Below are positions 19,120 to 30,507 of a DNA stretch of 59,256 nucleotides, one piece after another. Position 1 is the first letter of the stretch. Each line of letters opens with the position of its first letter. Both the position numbers and the translations under genes were made by a program. Origin of the DNA: Acidobacteriota bacterium (GTDB lineage: Bacteria > Acidobacteriota > Aminicenantia > Aminicenantales > Aminicenantaceae); contig DAOVDI010000003.1 of assembly GCA_030669585.1 (NCBI GenBank), positions 1 through 59,256 of the forward strand, given 5' to 3'. The notes under the pieces are model-generated. The model worked only from the letters and a program-made list of their open reading frames with translations. It was not told where the DNA came from and searched no databases.

Positions 19120-19461
19120 TTATTTGGCTTCCTTAAGCCGTGCCGCCTTACCTCTCAGTTTTCGGAGATAATAGAGTTTGGCCCTTCTGACTTTCCCGTG
19201 GCGGACCACATCGATCTTTTTGATCATCTTTGAATGAAGAGGAAATACCCTTTCGACTCCAGTACCAAAGGAAATTTTCCGGACCGTGAAGGAAGCGCTT
19301 GAACCGGTCCCTTTCTTGGCGATCACGTCTCCCTGAAAGAGCTGGATCCTTTCCTTTTCTCCTTCCCTTATGACAACATGTACTTTGACCGTATCCCCGA
19401 TATTAAATGGTGTCTGATCCTCTTTAATATCTTTTTTTTCAACTATATCAATCAGATTCAT
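19120..19461 (-). CDS. rplS: 50S ribosomal protein L19
   Basis: [33 protein letters not shown]. Confidence 0.98.
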   Translation of the reverse strand: MNLIDIVEKKDIKEDQTPFNIGDTVKVHVVIREGEKERIQLFQGDVIAKKGTGSSASFTVRKISFGTGVERVFPLHSKMIKKIDVVRHGKVRRAKLYYLRKLRGKAARLKEAK

Positions 19462-20161
19462 CGTTATTTCCTCTCTTTTCCGAATTTAAATCGTTGAAAA
19501 GATCAGGGCGAATCGCCCGGGTCTTCTCAAGCGCCTTTATCCGGCGCCAGGCCTCAATCCTTTTGTGATCCCCGGAAAAAAGGACTTCAGGGACCTTCAT
19601 CCCCCGGAAATTCCGGGGTCTTGTATAATGAGGGTGATCGAACACGCCTCTTTGAAAAGAATCCTCCTCTACGGATTCTCTTTTTCCCACCACGTGGGGA
19701 ATATATCTCGAAACAGCATCGACTATCACCCAGGCGGCAGGCTCTCCTCCAGTCAGGATATAATCGCCTATTGAAATCTCTTCTGTTGCCAGGTGTTCAA
19801 GCACTCTTTCATCGACTCCTTCGTAACGGCCGCAGATCAAGATGATCTGGGAAAACTGAGCCAGATTTTCCGCTATTGCGGAATTAAACTGTTTCCCTTG
19901 AGGGGAAAGCAAATAAACGGGCGTATCCTCGTTTTCCCTGACCTTCTCGACTGCCTTAAAAATGGGTTCCGGTTTGAACACCATTCCCTGACAACCGCCG
20001 AAGGGCCGGTCATCCACCTGTCGGTGCTTATCAGAGCTGAAATCCCTGAGGTTATGGACATGAATCTCTAATAAGTCTTTTTCAAGCGCTTTTCTTACGA
20101 TTCCTCCAGAAAAAACGCTCCCGAACATTTCGGGAAAGATAGTTATTATATCAAATCTCAT
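19448..20161 (-). CDS. trmD: tRNA (guanine-N1)-methyltransferase
   Basis: [34 protein letters not shown]. Confidence 0.98.
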   Translation of the reverse strand: MRFDIITIFPEMFGSVFSGGIVRKALEKDLLEIHVHNLRDFSSDKHRQVDDRPFGGCQGMVFKPEPIFKAVEKVRENEDTPVYLLSPQGKQFNSAIAENLAQFSQIILICGRYEGVDERVLEHLATEEISIGDYILTGGEPAAWVIVDAVSRYIPHVVGKRESVEEDSFQRGVFDHPHYTRPRNFRGMKVPEVLFSGDHKRIEAWRRIKALEKTRAIRPDLFNDLNSEKRGNNDESD

Positions 20162-20673
20162 CCAACTCTAAAAGCCCGTCCGGAGGATCGATGATGATCT
20201 GTTTTTTTTTCAGATCGATCTCCAAGCATATTGTCTTAGAAAAGGGGATTAAAACCTCTTTATGGCCCTTTTTGATAACCAGGAGGTCGTTATCCTTGAT
20301 CGACAGCATATCTTTAACCATCCCAATCTTATGTCCATCCTTCAGAAGGACAGTACAACCGACGATCTGAAAATGATAAAAATCGTAATCTTCCAAAGGT
20401 CCAAGCATTTCTTCAGGGACCCGTATCTCTGTTCCTACAAGTCCGGAGGCCTGGTCAATAGAACATATCCCCTTAAATTTCAAAATTAAAAAATTATTGT
20501 GGAACCTTGAAAACTCGACTGAAAATTCTTCTTCGATACCAGATCTGTTAATAAATACTCTGGAAAAAAAAAGGCTCCGGCAGGCTTTCCTGAAAAAGCA
20601 TGATTCTAACCTCGCCTTTTCTTCCCTGAGTTCTGACGATTTTTCCTATACTGATCAACTTAGGGTTTCTCAA
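20151..20673 (-). pseudogene. rimM: Ribosome maturation factor RimM, frameshifted as assembled (one extra base in A9 tract 20564-20572)
   Basis: N-terminal frame LISIGKIVRTQGRKGEVRI from TTG 20673 joins the C-terminal frame (FLILKFKG...LIPF...PDGLLEL) if the tract is 8 nt; khpA-rimM-trmD synteny. Confidence 0.85.
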
Positions 20674-20896
20674 TGATCTCTAAATTGAATCTTCTTTTCA
20701 GCTTCATTCCAGCAGCACCGAGAATCACTCTGATGGCTCTTGCTGTCCTTCCCTGTTTCCCGATAACTTTACCAAGATCCTCGGGTGCAACTTTGAGCTC
20801 AAGGATTGTGGTCTGTTCTCCTTCGAGTTGTGAAACCTGCACCTTTTCCGGAATGTCCACCAATGCTTTTGCAATCATTTCAACTAGTTCTTTCAC
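20660..20896 (-). CDS. khpA: KH-domain RNA-binding protein KhpA
   Basis: [17 protein letters not shown]; lies between rpsP and rimM. Confidence 0.95.
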   Translation of the reverse strand: MKELVEMIAKALVDIPEKVQVSQLEGEQTTILELKVAPEDLGKVIGKQGRTARAIRVILGAAGMKLKRRFNLEIIEKP

Positions 20897-20916
20897 TATA
20901 ACCTCCTTATTGTTCG

Positions 20917-21171
20917 TTAATTAGAAATATTTTCGGATTTTTTCACTTTATTTAAAAGAGATTGTACTGTTTCTGAAGTTTGAGCTCCTTTTTCGACCCA
21001 ATAATTCACTTTTTCCAGATCGATCTTTATGTCAGGGGGTTCTTTTAACGGGTCATAATAACCGATAATGTCCTTGGTTTTGCTTTCCCTGGGTTTTTTG
21101 GAATCGATCACAACAATTCGATAAAAAGGTTTTTTCTTAGCGCCTAATCGCGTTAACCGTATTGCTATCAT
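20917..21171 (-). CDS. rpsP: 30S ribosomal protein S16
   Basis: [26 protein letters not shown]. Confidence 0.98.
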   Translation of the reverse strand: MIAIRLTRLGAKKKPFYRIVVIDSKKPRESKTKDIIGYYDPLKEPPDIKIDLEKVNYWVEKGAQTSETVQSLLNKVKKSENISN

Positions 21172-21206
21172 GTTTCACCAATTTTCCTGAACTGAAATAG
21201 AAATTG

Positions 21207-21235
21207 ATAATAGCCAAAACCGTCATATAAGTCAA
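21207..21235 (-). promoter_or_regulatory. Putative sigma-70 promoter of the rpsP operon
   Basis: TTGACT-17 bp-TATTAT on minus strand. Confidence 0.6.
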
Positions 21236-21252
21236 CTGATTTTAACGAGTTA

Positions 21253-22578
21253 TCAGCCAGGGAATTGGGAGAGTATTTTCTGAAACGCAGACTTTTTCAT
21301 CATTTTTTTCATCTCGGAAAACTGCTTGAGAAGCTGGTTGACTTCAGAGACAGGACATCCGCTTCCTCTGGCGATCCTTGATCTGCGGCTTCCGTTGATT
21401 ATCTTTGGATTGTCCCTCTCAGCAGGCGTCATGGAATTAATGATAGCCTCAAAATGAAGGATCTTTGTGTCATCGACATCGATCTTGGAGATGTTTTTGA
21501 AGGGGCCCGCTTTAGGCATCATGTTCAAAATCTGGGAAAAAGACCCCATCTTTTTCATCTGGGCTATCTGCTTTTGGAAATCCTCAAGGGAAAATTCCTG
21601 TCTTTTGAGTCTTTTTGCCATTTCCTCGGCTTCTTGAATATCCGCCTCGTCTTCAGCCTTTTCGATCAGCGTCAGCATATCACCCATTCCCAGGATACGT
21701 GAGGCCATGCGGTCTGGATGAAAGACTTCCAGTTGGTCAAGTTTTTCTCCCACGCCTGCAAACTTGATTGGTTTTCCGGTCACAGACACAATAGACAGAG
21801 CTGCGCCGCCTCTGGCATCACCATCAAGTTTGGTCAAAATGATTGAGGTCAGGCCGATCTTTTCCTCGAAAACCTGAGCGCTCTTAACAGCGTCCTGACC
21901 GGTCATTGCGTCACCTACATAGATCACTTCATTGGGCTGGAGGATATCACGCACTATTTTAAGCTCTTCCATCAGCTCTTCATCGACATGCAGCCTGCCG
22001 GCGGTGTCCACGATAAGCGGGCTGAATGCCTGTTTCCTGGCATATTCAATGGCGTTCTTGATGGCCTTTGTCGGTTTGGCCATTTGTTCCTTCGAAAGTT
22101 CATAGAAAGCAAGGTTCAGATTATGGGCGATGATCTTTAATTGGTCCTGAGCAGCCGGTCTTTTTATGTCAATAGAAACAAAAAGAGGTTTTTTCCCCTG
22201 TTTTGAGACAAGCTTTCCCAGCTTGCCGCAGGTTGTGGTTTTTCCCGATCCCTGAAGGCCGACAAGCATGAATTTGGAGGGAGGAGTACCGGATAGATCC
22301 AGCTTCTTTTCTTCATTTCCCAGGAGAGAAGTAAGTTCATCCTTGATGATCTTGATCACCTGTTGAGCCGGTGTCAGGCTTTGCATCACTTTTTCATCAA
22401 GGGCTTTTTCTTTTATCCCTGCTTCAAAATCCTTGACGACTTTATAATTAACGTCCGCCTCCAGAAAAGCCATTCTCATCATCTTCAAGGCTTCTTCCAT
22501 GTTTTTTCCCGTGATTTTCCCCTCACCGCGGAGAAACTTCATGGCCTTTTGCAGTCGTTCAGATAATTGATCTAACAT
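21253..22578 (-). CDS. ffh: Signal recognition particle protein Ffh
   Basis: GLQGSGKTT, DTAGR, TKLDGDARGG, M domain SRRSRIARGSG. Confidence 0.98.
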   Translation of the reverse strand: MLDQLSERLQKAMKFLRGEGKITGKNMEEALKMMRMAFLEADVNYKVVKDFEAGIKEKALDEKVMQSLTPAQQVIKIIKDELTSLLGNEEKKLDLSGTPPSKFMLVGLQGSGKTTTCGKLGKLVSKQGKKPLFVSIDIKRPAAQDQLKIIAHNLNLAFYELSKEQMAKPTKAIKNAIEYARKQAFSPLIVDTAGRLHVDEELMEELKIVRDILQPNEVIYVGDAMTGQDAVKSAQVFEEKIGLTSIILTKLDGDARGGAALSIVSVTGKPIKFAGVGEKLDQLEVFHPDRMASRILGMGDMLTLIEKAEDEADIQEAEEMAKRLKRQEFSLEDFQKQIAQMKKMGSFSQILNMMPKAGPFKNISKIDVDDTKILHFEAIINSMTPAERDNPKIINGSRRSRIARGSGCPVSEVNQLLKQFSEMKKMMKKSAFQKILSQFPG

Positions 22579-22651
22579 TATTTTCCTTGTAATGTTTCTG
22601 TTTATTCATGCTAGGCTAATTTCTAACTGAAATCAACTACAGTTCAGTCCC

Positions 22652-22680
22652 TTGACTTTCTGAGGCAATATGATTAAGGT
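22652..22680 (+). promoter_or_regulatory. Putative sigma-70 promoter of accBC
   Basis: TTGACT-17 bp-TAAGGT. Confidence 0.5.
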
Positions 22681-22718
22681 ATATCTACTTTTCCGGCAAG
22701 ATCAAAGAAGGACATACC

Positions 22719-23183
22719 ATGAAATCAAAAATCGATTATAAAGAGGTCACAAAACTCATAGACCTTCTGGAAGAACGGGATCTATCTGAGTTTGAGCTGG
22801 AGGTTGAGGGGTTTAAGATCAAGATCAGCCGCAGCCCGAAGGGAACTATGCCGGCTCAGCCGCCTCCAGCGCCCGTTGTTTCGCCTGAAAATAAATCAGT
22901 AACAAAAATCGACGAAATCGAACCGGATGAGGAGACGAATGAACTTCACATCGTCCGATCTCCCATGGTCGGAACTTTTTACCGTGCTCCGGATCCATCC
23001 TCTCAGTTGTTTGTGGAGATTGGTGAGAGCGTCCAACCGGGCCAGACCGTCTGTATCATAGAAGCGATGAAATTAATGAACGAGATCGAATCCGATATTG
23101 ACGGCGTCATTGAAAAAATATATGTCGAGAACGGCAAAACGGTTGAATACGGACAAAAACTGTTCGGAATCAAATCTCTCTGA
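22719..23183 (+). CDS. accB: Acetyl-CoA carboxylase biotin carboxyl carrier protein
   Basis: SPMVGTFYRAP, EAMKLMNEI. Confidence 0.95.
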   Translation: MKSKIDYKEVTKLIDLLEERDLSEFELEVEGFKIKISRSPKGTMPAQPPPAPVVSPENKSVTKIDEIEPDEETNELHIVRSPMVGTFYRAPDPSSQLFVEIGESVQPGQTVCIIEAMKLMNEIESDIDGVIEKIYVENGKTVEYGQKLFGIKSL

Positions 23184-23193
23184 AGATAATCCC

Positions 23194-24543
23194 ATGTTTT
23201 CAAAAATACTCATTGCCAACCGTGGGGAGATCGCGCTGAGGATTATTCGCTCTGCCAGGGAGCTGGGTGTAAAAACCGTTGCTGTCTATTCGGAACCGGA
23301 TAAAAACAGCCTGCATACTTTGCTGGCTGACGAAAAGATCTGCATCGGTCCGGGCCGGCCTTCCGATAGCTACCTTAATATTCCCGTTATCATGGCGGCA
23401 GCCGAGGTCACCAAGGCAGAGGCCATTCATCCCGGATACGGTTTTCTTGCTGAAAACCCTCGGTTACCCGAGATCTGTGGATCGGCCGGAATAACTTTTA
23501 TCGGACCGTCCGCCCATATCATGAGGCTTTTGGGAGATAAAAACAGGGCCAGGCAGGAAATGATCAAAGCCAAGCTCCAGGTCATCCCCGGAAGTGACAA
23601 GATCATCACGGATATAGACGAAGCAAAGGCCACGGCGAAAAAAATCGGGTTTCCTGTAATACTTAAAGCGTCAGCCGGAGGTGGAGGAAAGGGGATGAGA
23701 ATAGTCCGGGCAGCTTCTCAGATAGAAGAGCAGTTCTCCATCGCACAGGCGGAAGCCCAAGCAGCCTTCGGCGTTCCCTCCCTCTATATGGAGAGGTTTT
23801 TAGAGGTAGCGCGCCATATCGAGGTTCAGGTTGCAGGAGACGGCAAGGGTAATGTTGCTGCCTTTGGAGAAAGAGAGTGTTCTGTCCAGAGAAAACATCA
23901 GAAGCTGATCGAAGAGGCCCCTTCTCCTTTTATCGATGAAAAATTCAGGAAAAAGATCATTAAAGCGGCAAAAGATGCTGCCACATTTATCAAGTATCAA
24001 AGCCTGGGAACATTTGAATTCCTTGTGGATGAAAATAAAAATTTCTATTTCATGGAAGCAAACACCAGAGTTCAGGTGGAACATCCGGTAACGGAAATGA
24101 TCTATAATGTGGATCTGATAAAGGAACAGATCATTATAGCTGCAGACAATGAGTTATCTCTTTCCCAGAACCTGGAATCGAGTGGTCATAGTATAGAATG
24201 CCGCATCAATGCCGAGGACCCGGAAACCTTTATTCCATCTCCCGGAAAGATAGATTTTCTTGTTCTTCCAGGCGGGCAGGGCATCCGGGTAGATACAGCT
24301 GCTTACACCGGTTGGAGAATCCCGCCGGAATATGATTCTTTGATCGCGAAGATCATAACCTATGCACCGACCCGGGAACAGGCCGCCCAAAAAATGTTGG
24401 TAGCTTTAGAAATGACGACTATTGTGGGGATAAAGACCAATATTTCCCTTCAGATCAAAATTCTCTCCGATTCCGATTTTAAAAAGGGAGATTATGATAT
24501 TCGGTTTATGGACAAATTTTTTACGAAAAAACAGGTGTCTTAA
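23194..24543 (+). CDS. accC: Biotin carboxylase
   Basis: MFSKILIANRGEIA, HPGYGFLAEN, GGGGKG, EANTRVQVEH; start corrected to ATG 23194. Confidence 0.95.
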   Translation: MFSKILIANRGEIALRIIRSARELGVKTVAVYSEPDKNSLHTLLADEKICIGPGRPSDSYLNIPVIMAAAEVTKAEAIHPGYGFLAENPRLPEICGSAGITFIGPSAHIMRLLGDKNRARQEMIKAKLQVIPGSDKIITDIDEAKATAKKIGFPVILKASAGGGGKGMRIVRAASQIEEQFSIAQAEAQAAFGVPSLYMERFLEVARHIEVQVAGDGKGNVAAFGERECSVQRKHQKLIEEAPSPFIDEKFRKKIIKAAKDAATFIKYQSLGTFEFLVDENKNFYFMEANTRVQVEHPVTEMIYNVDLIKEQIIIAADNELSLSQNLESSGHSIECRINAEDPETFIPSPGKIDFLVLPGGQGIRVDTAAYTGWRIPPEYDSLIAKIITYAPTREQAAQKMLVALEMTTIVGIKTNISLQIKILSDSDFKKGDYDIRFMDKFFTKKQVS

Positions 24544-24549
24544 GAGCGC

Positions 24550-25131
24550 TTATCTCAGATAGAAGGTCACTCTGAAATAGCCTGTGTTATCCTGTACAAC
24601 AATCTCATTGATCCCAAGATAAAGCCGGCCGTCCATCGGCATAATGACGTCATTCTTTGAGCCTATGTAAAAGTATCGGATCAGTTCATTCCGTATCTCT
24701 TCACCGGATTCCTCGTCAATTTCAATAGAAACAAGTCTTGCCACCCGGCCGATCAGGGCTCCGAAGTTTTTTCCTTTTATTGGCTGCTGTATGGTTTTCA
24801 GGTTTTTCCCATCAGGACCGCACCAGGCAACAGGATTTCCGCTCTGCAGAGAAATTTTCCTGTTTGGATCTGTGATAAAACGTATTTCCTGGCCTTCGAA
24901 CACATCAAAACCCGTATCAGTCCAAAATACATAACTCGGAACACTGATTTCATGGAGATGACCTGGCATTAGAGGGTTTTTCAGCTCAATGCGGGACATA
25001 ACCTGCAGTTCTTCTTTTTCCTGTTCTTTTTCCTGTGCATTTAGGCTGAACAGAAGTGCAGCAGCAAGAAAACAAAAAAAAGCCACCGATCTGAATCGAG
25101 GTTTTTGACTTCTGTTGTTCTTCTTTAACAT
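24550..25131 (-). CDS. Secreted protein, LecA/PA-IL-like beta-sandwich
   Basis: Signal peptide; WTDTG, CGPDG, GALIGRV, GRLYLGINE, DNTGYFRV pattern. Confidence 0.55.
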   Translation of the reverse strand: MLKKNNRSQKPRFRSVAFFCFLAAALLFSLNAQEKEQEKEELQVMSRIELKNPLMPGHLHEISVPSYVFWTDTGFDVFEGQEIRFITDPNRKISLQSGNPVAWCGPDGKNLKTIQQPIKGKNFGALIGRVARLVSIEIDEESGEEIRNELIRYFYIGSKNDVIMPMDGRLYLGINEIVVQDNTGYFRVTFYLR

Positions 25132-25135
25132 TTTT

Positions 25136-25924
25136 TCACACTTTTTTTTTTGACTGCAGGACTTCCACCATCTGTTTGTGGATCAGACCGTTAGATCCCA
25201 GGGTCTCTATCCCGAATATGTTTAAAGGGTTCCCGTGGAAGTCACTGGCCCTGCCGCCGGCTTCAGAAAGGATCAGAGATGCAGCGGCTACATCCCATGG
25301 CTTCAGCTTTATCTCCCAAAATCCGTCAAAACGTCCGCAGGCCACATAACAGATGTCTAATGCGGCAGATCCGCATCTCCGGACCGCCTGGGCCTGTTTT
25401 ATGAAATTGATAAAATGATCGATGTTATTCATTCGGCTTTTACGGAGATCATAAGGGAATCCGGTTGCTAGAAGGCTTTTATCCAGGTCGTCGATCCGTG
25501 ATACCATGATCCTGCTGCCGTTGAGGTGCGCGCCATCCCCTTCAACTGCGGAAAAAATTTCATCACGCATAGGGTCGTATATGATACCGGCTGCAATATT
25601 ATCTTGATATTCGAGGGCGATGGAAATGCAGAATACGGGAAAGCTGTGAGCAAAGTTAGTCGTGCCGTCGATCGGGTCGATGATCCATCGGAATTCCGAA
25701 CGCCTGCGCTCGGACGGATCTTCTTCAGCAAGAAAATCATGATCCGGGAAAAAACTCGAAAGATGGTTCAGGATAATATCTTGAGACCTGGAATCAAAAT
25801 TAGTGACAAGATCGACAACTCCCTTATAGGTTATCTCGCGGTGGGAACTCATGTTCTCTCGGAGCATACGTCCTGCTTTAAGAGCGGCTTCAATCCCAAT
25901 ATCCTGATATTTTGTCCAATTCAT
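25136..25924 (-). CDS. suhB: Inositol monophosphatase family protein
   Basis: WIIDPIDGTTNF, GSAALD, WDVAA. Confidence 0.9.
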   Translation of the reverse strand: MNWTKYQDIGIEAALKAGRMLRENMSSHREITYKGVVDLVTNFDSRSQDIILNHLSSFFPDHDFLAEEDPSERRRSEFRWIIDPIDGTTNFAHSFPVFCISIALEYQDNIAAGIIYDPMRDEIFSAVEGDGAHLNGSRIMVSRIDDLDKSLLATGFPYDLRKSRMNNIDHFINFIKQAQAVRRCGSAALDICYVACGRFDGFWEIKLKPWDVAAASLILSEAGGRASDFHGNPLNIFGIETLGSNGLIHKQMVEVLQSKKKV

Positions 25925-26072
25925 TACATATTCATATTAACAACTTGAAAGCCTCTAGGCAAATGATCATCAAGAAAGGACAGGTCCTGTTTTGGGATAT
26001 ATAGAGTGCGGTCGAACTTTTTGCCTTTTATGACGTAGTATACTATGATATCCGTTTCTGAGAGGTTCATAA

Positions 26073-27311
26073 ATGAATGTGCAGAAAAAGAAATCAGGGA
26101 AGAAAAAAGCATTTTTAATTATCGGGGTTATCGCTGTTATCGCCGTAATCGTTATTTTCAGTATGCAGGCGAATCGTGAAAAAACAGTCGCGGTCAATGT
26201 GGAAAAGGTGAAGAGTGAGAATCTCACGTCTATTATTTCTGCATCCGGCGAGGTGAAGCCCAAAAAAAACATCAATATAAGCGCCCATATTCCAGGCAGG
26301 ATCGTGAAGATCGGCGTAGTTGAGGGGCAGAGGGTCCATGCCGGGGATTTTCTTCTAAAGCTGGATTCCACTCAGTATGAGGCAAATGCTGACAGAGACA
26401 GGGCAACTATCCGTATATATATGGCGGAAATAATTAAAGCTGAAGCCCGTTTGAAAAAAGATGAGAAGTATTTTGAGCGGCAGAAAAAACTATATGATGA
26501 AGATCTGATCTCAGGCGAGCAGCTTGAGGCCGCCAAAGCAAATTTCGATATTTCTAAAGCCCAGAATGAGGCCATCCTCTACCAGAAAATACAGGCCGAA
26601 GCGTCGCTTCAGAGTTCGCTGGATAACCTTCAAAAAACAGTCTACAATTCGCCTATCGATGGTATTCTAACAAGCCTCCGTGTGGAAGAAGGAGAGATTG
26701 CTCTTGTGGGTACGATGAATAACCCGGGTACTGTTCTCATGACCATTGCTGACCTTTCTGTTATGGAAGTGGAGGTTGAGGTCGATGAGACTGATGTGGT
26801 GTCCGTTGAGATCGGGCAGTCCGCAGAAGTGCGTGTAGATGCATTTCCGGATAGAGTCATAAAAGGAATAGTCACGGAGATCGGGAGTTCCGCTCTGCAA
26901 AAATTAACCGCTTCTCAGGAATCAAAAGATTTTAAAGTAGTGATTACTCTGGAGGATACTCCTGAAAATCTGAAACCTGGTCTTTCTGCTTCAGCCGACA
27001 TCATCACTTCAGAAAAAGAAAACGTTCTGGCAGTGCCGATCTCGGCGCTTGTTCTGAAGGAGATAAATGATAAGGAAAACAAAGGCAAGGAAGACAAGCA
27101 AAAGCAGGAAGAAGGTGTTTATCTTGTCAACGAGCAGGGAAGGGCTGAATTTGCCCCGGTTAATAAAGGGATCATGGGCGAGTTGAAGATTGAGATCGTA
27201 TCCGGCCTTGAGGAAGGGCAGGATATTGTCATTGGCCCATACAGCGCCCTTCGTTCTCTTCGTGAGGGCATGCTGCTTAAAATTGAAAAGAAAAAAGATA
27301 AAGAGACTTAA
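26073..27311 (+). CDS. Efflux periplasmic adaptor (MacA/YknX-like)
   Basis: N-terminal anchor, lipoyl halves, VDETDV, LKPGLSA. Confidence 0.9.
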   Translation: MNVQKKKSGKKKAFLIIGVIAVIAVIVIFSMQANREKTVAVNVEKVKSENLTSIISASGEVKPKKNINISAHIPGRIVKIGVVEGQRVHAGDFLLKLDSTQYEANADRDRATIRIYMAEIIKAEARLKKDEKYFERQKKLYDEDLISGEQLEAAKANFDISKAQNEAILYQKIQAEASLQSSLDNLQKTVYNSPIDGILTSLRVEEGEIALVGTMNNPGTVLMTIADLSVMEVEVEVDETDVVSVEIGQSAEVRVDAFPDRVIKGIVTEIGSSALQKLTASQESKDFKVVITLEDTPENLKPGLSASADIITSEKENVLAVPISALVLKEINDKENKGKEDKQKQEEGVYLVNEQGRAEFAPVNKGIMGELKIEIVSGLEEGQDIVIGPYSALRSLREGMLLKIEKKKDKET

Positions 27312-28021
27312 TGATGGCCGTAGCAAATAACGCTCTCATCTCTGTTCACGACTTATGGAAGGTCTATCAGCTGGGCGGACAAGAGGTCAAGGCTCTTTGT
27401 GCTGTAACCTTTGATATTCATCGCAATGAACTCGTTGCAATCATGGGTCCCTCTGGTTCGGGCAAATCGACCTTGATGAATCTTATCGGCTGTCTCGATA
27501 CACCGACCAAAGGTGAATATCTGTTGAACAATAAAAAAGTCTGCGACCTGAGTGAAAATGAACTGGCCCACATCCGGAACCGTGAGATCGGTTTTGTATT
27601 TCAGGTTTTTAACCTGCTCCCGCGGGCAACGGCATTTCACAATGTAGAACTTCCCTTGATCTACAAGGGAGCAAGCAGGAAGGAAAGAGAGACCAAGACA
27701 CGAAAGGCCTTAGAGATGGTTGAGATAGAGAATAGGGCGGACCACCGCCCTTCCGAACTATCAGGTGGGGAAAGACAGAGAGTGGCCATTGCCCGGGCTC
27801 TTGTCAATGAGCCGTCGATCCTTTTGGCTGATGAGCCGACAGGGAACCTGGATACAAAAACCGGGTTTGAGATCATGAAACTCTTCCACAAGATCCATGC
27901 TGATGGAAATACGATCATTATGGTCACTCACGATCCTGAGATCGCAGTACACGCCCATAGGACTATTTATCTAAGGGATGGACGGATTGAGAAAGAAGTC
28001 AGAAAGGAGCATATAGAATGA
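27311..28021 (+). CDS. ABC transporter ATPase (LolD/MacB/YknY-type)
   Basis: [29 protein letters not shown]-loop. Confidence 0.95.
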   Translation: MMAVANNALISVHDLWKVYQLGGQEVKALCAVTFDIHRNELVAIMGPSGSGKSTLMNLIGCLDTPTKGEYLLNNKKVCDLSENELAHIRNREIGFVFQVFNLLPRATAFHNVELPLIYKGASRKERETKTRKALEMVEIENRADHRPSELSGGERQRVAIARALVNEPSILLADEPTGNLDTKTGFEIMKLFHKIHADGNTIIMVTHDPEIAVHAHRTIYLRDGRIEKEVRKEHIE

Positions 28022-28725
28022 ATATACTCAATCGCTTCTTGGGGATATTTTTAAGCCCTCAACAAACAGTCAAAGCCGTATCTGGGAAACCGGTCTGGAT
28101 CGAAGCTCTCATCATCCTTTTTATCTTCACTGCCTTATTCTCCTATTTTACCATGCCTTATCAGCAGCAGGACACCTATCAGATGATGAAAGACAATGTG
28201 AAACTGAGAGAGCGTATGGGGGAAGACCGCTTTGAGGATTATCTGGAAGGGATTAAGACCCCATCAACAGCAGGAACACTGGTTCGATCTTTTCTGTTGG
28301 GTCCTTTAGCTTTGTTCATTGGTTTCCTTTTTCAATGTTTGATTTTTTTAGGAATGGGCAGGTTGTCATCGACCGAAGGAAGATATAAGCAGATCTTTGC
28401 TGTTTTCCTTCATGCACGTTTTATAGATATTGGGATCGGGGGGGCTTTGCGGCTTTTTCTGGTTCTGTCTAAAAAATCCTTTTTTCAGACATCCACAAGC
28501 CTGGCAGTGTTCTTTCCCAAGCTTGAAGTGACATCCTCGGCCTATATCGTGTTAAGCCAATTTGATTTCTTTCAGATATGGGCTTATGGGATCATAGGTC
28601 TTGGCCTTTCCTATGTTTTTAAAGTCGAGCCGAAAAAGGGCCTGATCACTGCCTATGTCCTGTGGTTTATCAAAACACTTTTATATATAGGCTTTGGATT
28701 TCTCAGTCGAATTTATATGATTTAA
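28018..28725 (+). CDS. Yip1-family membrane protein (YknW-like)
   Basis: GIFLSP start motif, multiple TMs, FDFFQIW; follows MFP and ATPase. Confidence 0.75.
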   Translation: MNILNRFLGIFLSPQQTVKAVSGKPVWIEALIILFIFTALFSYFTMPYQQQDTYQMMKDNVKLRERMGEDRFEDYLEGIKTPSTAGTLVRSFLLGPLALFIGFLFQCLIFLGMGRLSSTEGRYKQIFAVFLHARFIDIGIGGALRLFLVLSKKSFFQTSTSLAVFFPKLEVTSSAYIVLSQFDFFQIWAYGIIGLGLSYVFKVEPKKGLITAYVLWFIKTLLYIGFGFLSRIYMI

Positions 28726-28783
28726 CAATGAGTTAAGATTACTTTTAAAGGCGAAATCTGTTTGATGATGTACAAGGAGATCT

Positions 28784-30427
28784 ATGAGACGAAACCTCAA
28801 ATGGCTGTCCTTTCTTATTGCCATTGTTATCATAATTCTGGTTCGTGAAAATACTAGGCTTATTCAGTTAAACGAGGGGACGCAGGACTTCGGTTTTTGG
28901 TCGGTGGTTCCAGCTCTCTTAACACTTACACTCTGTTTTGTCACTCGAGAAGTGGTCCCGTCGCTTTTTCTAGGCATAGTTGCAGGGGGTGTTATTAGCG
29001 GAGAGTACAATATTATTAAAACATTTCTAATTCCAGGTATCGGGAGCAAAACTTACGGCGAGATCTTGCTGATCTATCTTTGGTGTTTGGGCGGTCTTAC
29101 TGGTTTGTGGACCAAAACCGGCGGCGCACAATATTTTGCCAACTGGGTGGGTGCGCGTGTTGTTAAAGACCGGCGTTCGGCAAAGTTGTTTGCTGCTCTT
29201 ATGGGGACTGTTTTCCACCAGGGAGGCACCATCAGCACGGTCCTTGCAGGTTCTACGGTAAAACCTTTATGCGACCGTAACAAGGTTTCGCATGAAGAAT
29301 TGTCGTATATTATCGATTCAACCGCCTCGCCGGTGGCGACCCTTTTACCATTCAACATCTGGCCCATTTACGTGGCAGGATTGGTAGCGGCCACGATTCC
29401 ATCCATCCTGCCCGATGAAAGCGCAGCCATCAGCTTCTTCTATCGAGCGGTACTATACAACTTCTACGCAATCGTCGCCATCGTTTTCACTTACGCCCTT
29501 TCCCTTGAACGGCTTCCCTGGTATGGCAAGAGAATGAAACGGGCGATGATTCGCGTTCAGACAACCGGCAAACTAGATCATATTAAGGCGACACCGCTTT
29601 CCTCCAAGGAACTGACGGAATTGAGGGTTCCCAGGGGATATAAAACGGGCAACATCGATTTTCTCTTTCCAATTTTAACACTTCTCTCTATTACCATTAT
29701 CCCGTTTCTGATACAGGTTATCCCCCAGTTGGTGAAGTATGGCGGGATTAAAGAGACATTCAAGCTCTATGTATTTGAGGCATTTATGCTGGCGGTTCTG
29801 GTATCGGTCGGAACAGCGCTTTACAAAGGTATGGCGCTTAAAAAGGTCATGGAAGGTATTATCGACGGCTGCAGGGGTGTGACTCTGGGCGCCATCATTT
29901 TGGGGCTTGCTATAACGTTAAAAGGGGTTTCTCAGCATCTCGGCACGGCCAATTATCTGATCCGAACAACGAGTGAAGTGCTCGTGCCGTGGTTGCTGCC
30001 AGCGCTCTTTCTAGGCCTTGCTATGTTCATGGCTTTTGCCACAGGTACCTCGTGGGGCACTTATGCGGTTGTCTTTCCCATCGCCATGCCCCTGGCGTGG
30101 GCGATCAATCCTGATCCTCATTTCCTGACACTTTGTTTTGCGGCCGTCCTAGGCGGTTCTGTGTATGGTGACAACTGTTCGCCTATATCCGACACTACGA
30201 TTCTCTCATCCCTGGTGTGCGGCGCCGATCATATGGATCATGTAGTCACGCAGATACCCCTTGCCACAGTTGCAGCCATAATTTCGGCCGTATTCTTTAC
30301 GGGCATGGCGCTGTTTAAAGTACCGCTGCTGGTGATCTATCTCATCATCATTATTGGCACGGTGACAATGGTCTTTTTATCAAAGAGAGCAAAAAATCAC
30401 GATTTGGATCGTGAGCAGCGAATGTGA
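28784..30427 (+). CDS. NhaC-family Na+/H+ antiporter-like transporter
   Basis: LSYIIDSTASP, FATGTSWGT, GDNCSPISDTTILSS, DHVVTQIP. Confidence 0.9.
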   Translation: MRRNLKWLSFLIAIVIIILVRENTRLIQLNEGTQDFGFWSVVPALLTLTLCFVTREVVPSLFLGIVAGGVISGEYNIIKTFLIPGIGSKTYGEILLIYLWCLGGLTGLWTKTGGAQYFANWVGARVVKDRRSAKLFAALMGTVFHQGGTISTVLAGSTVKPLCDRNKVSHEELSYIIDSTASPVATLLPFNIWPIYVAGLVAATIPSILPDESAAISFFYRAVLYNFYAIVAIVFTYALSLERLPWYGKRMKRAMIRVQTTGKLDHIKATPLSSKELTELRVPRGYKTGNIDFLFPILTLLSITIIPFLIQVIPQLVKYGGIKETFKLYVFEAFMLAVLVSVGTALYKGMALKKVMEGIIDGCRGVTLGAIILGLAITLKGVSQHLGTANYLIRTTSEVLVPWLLPALFLGLAMFMAFATGTSWGTYAVVFPIAMPLAWAINPDPHFLTLCFAAVLGGSVYGDNCSPISDTTILSSLVCGADHMDHVVTQIPLATVAAIISAVFFTGMALFKVPLLVIYLIIIIGTVTMVFLSKRAKNHDLDREQRM

Positions 30428-30472
30428 TCCTTAGCTTCTTGACATTGATATCAGATTAGTCTTCATGTTTTA

Positions 30473-30501
30473 TTGACAGAAGCCACTCATCTTAATAAAG
30501 T
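30473..30501 (+). promoter_or_regulatory. Putative sigma-70 promoter (leaderless-type)
   Basis: TTGACA-17 bp-TAAAGT-6 nt-ATG 30508. Confidence 0.6.
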
Positions 30502-30507
30502 ATCTGC

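Noticed and set aside
23098-23193. N-terminal extension of AccC
   Set aside because: Overlaps accB; family homology begins at MFSKILIANRGE (23194)
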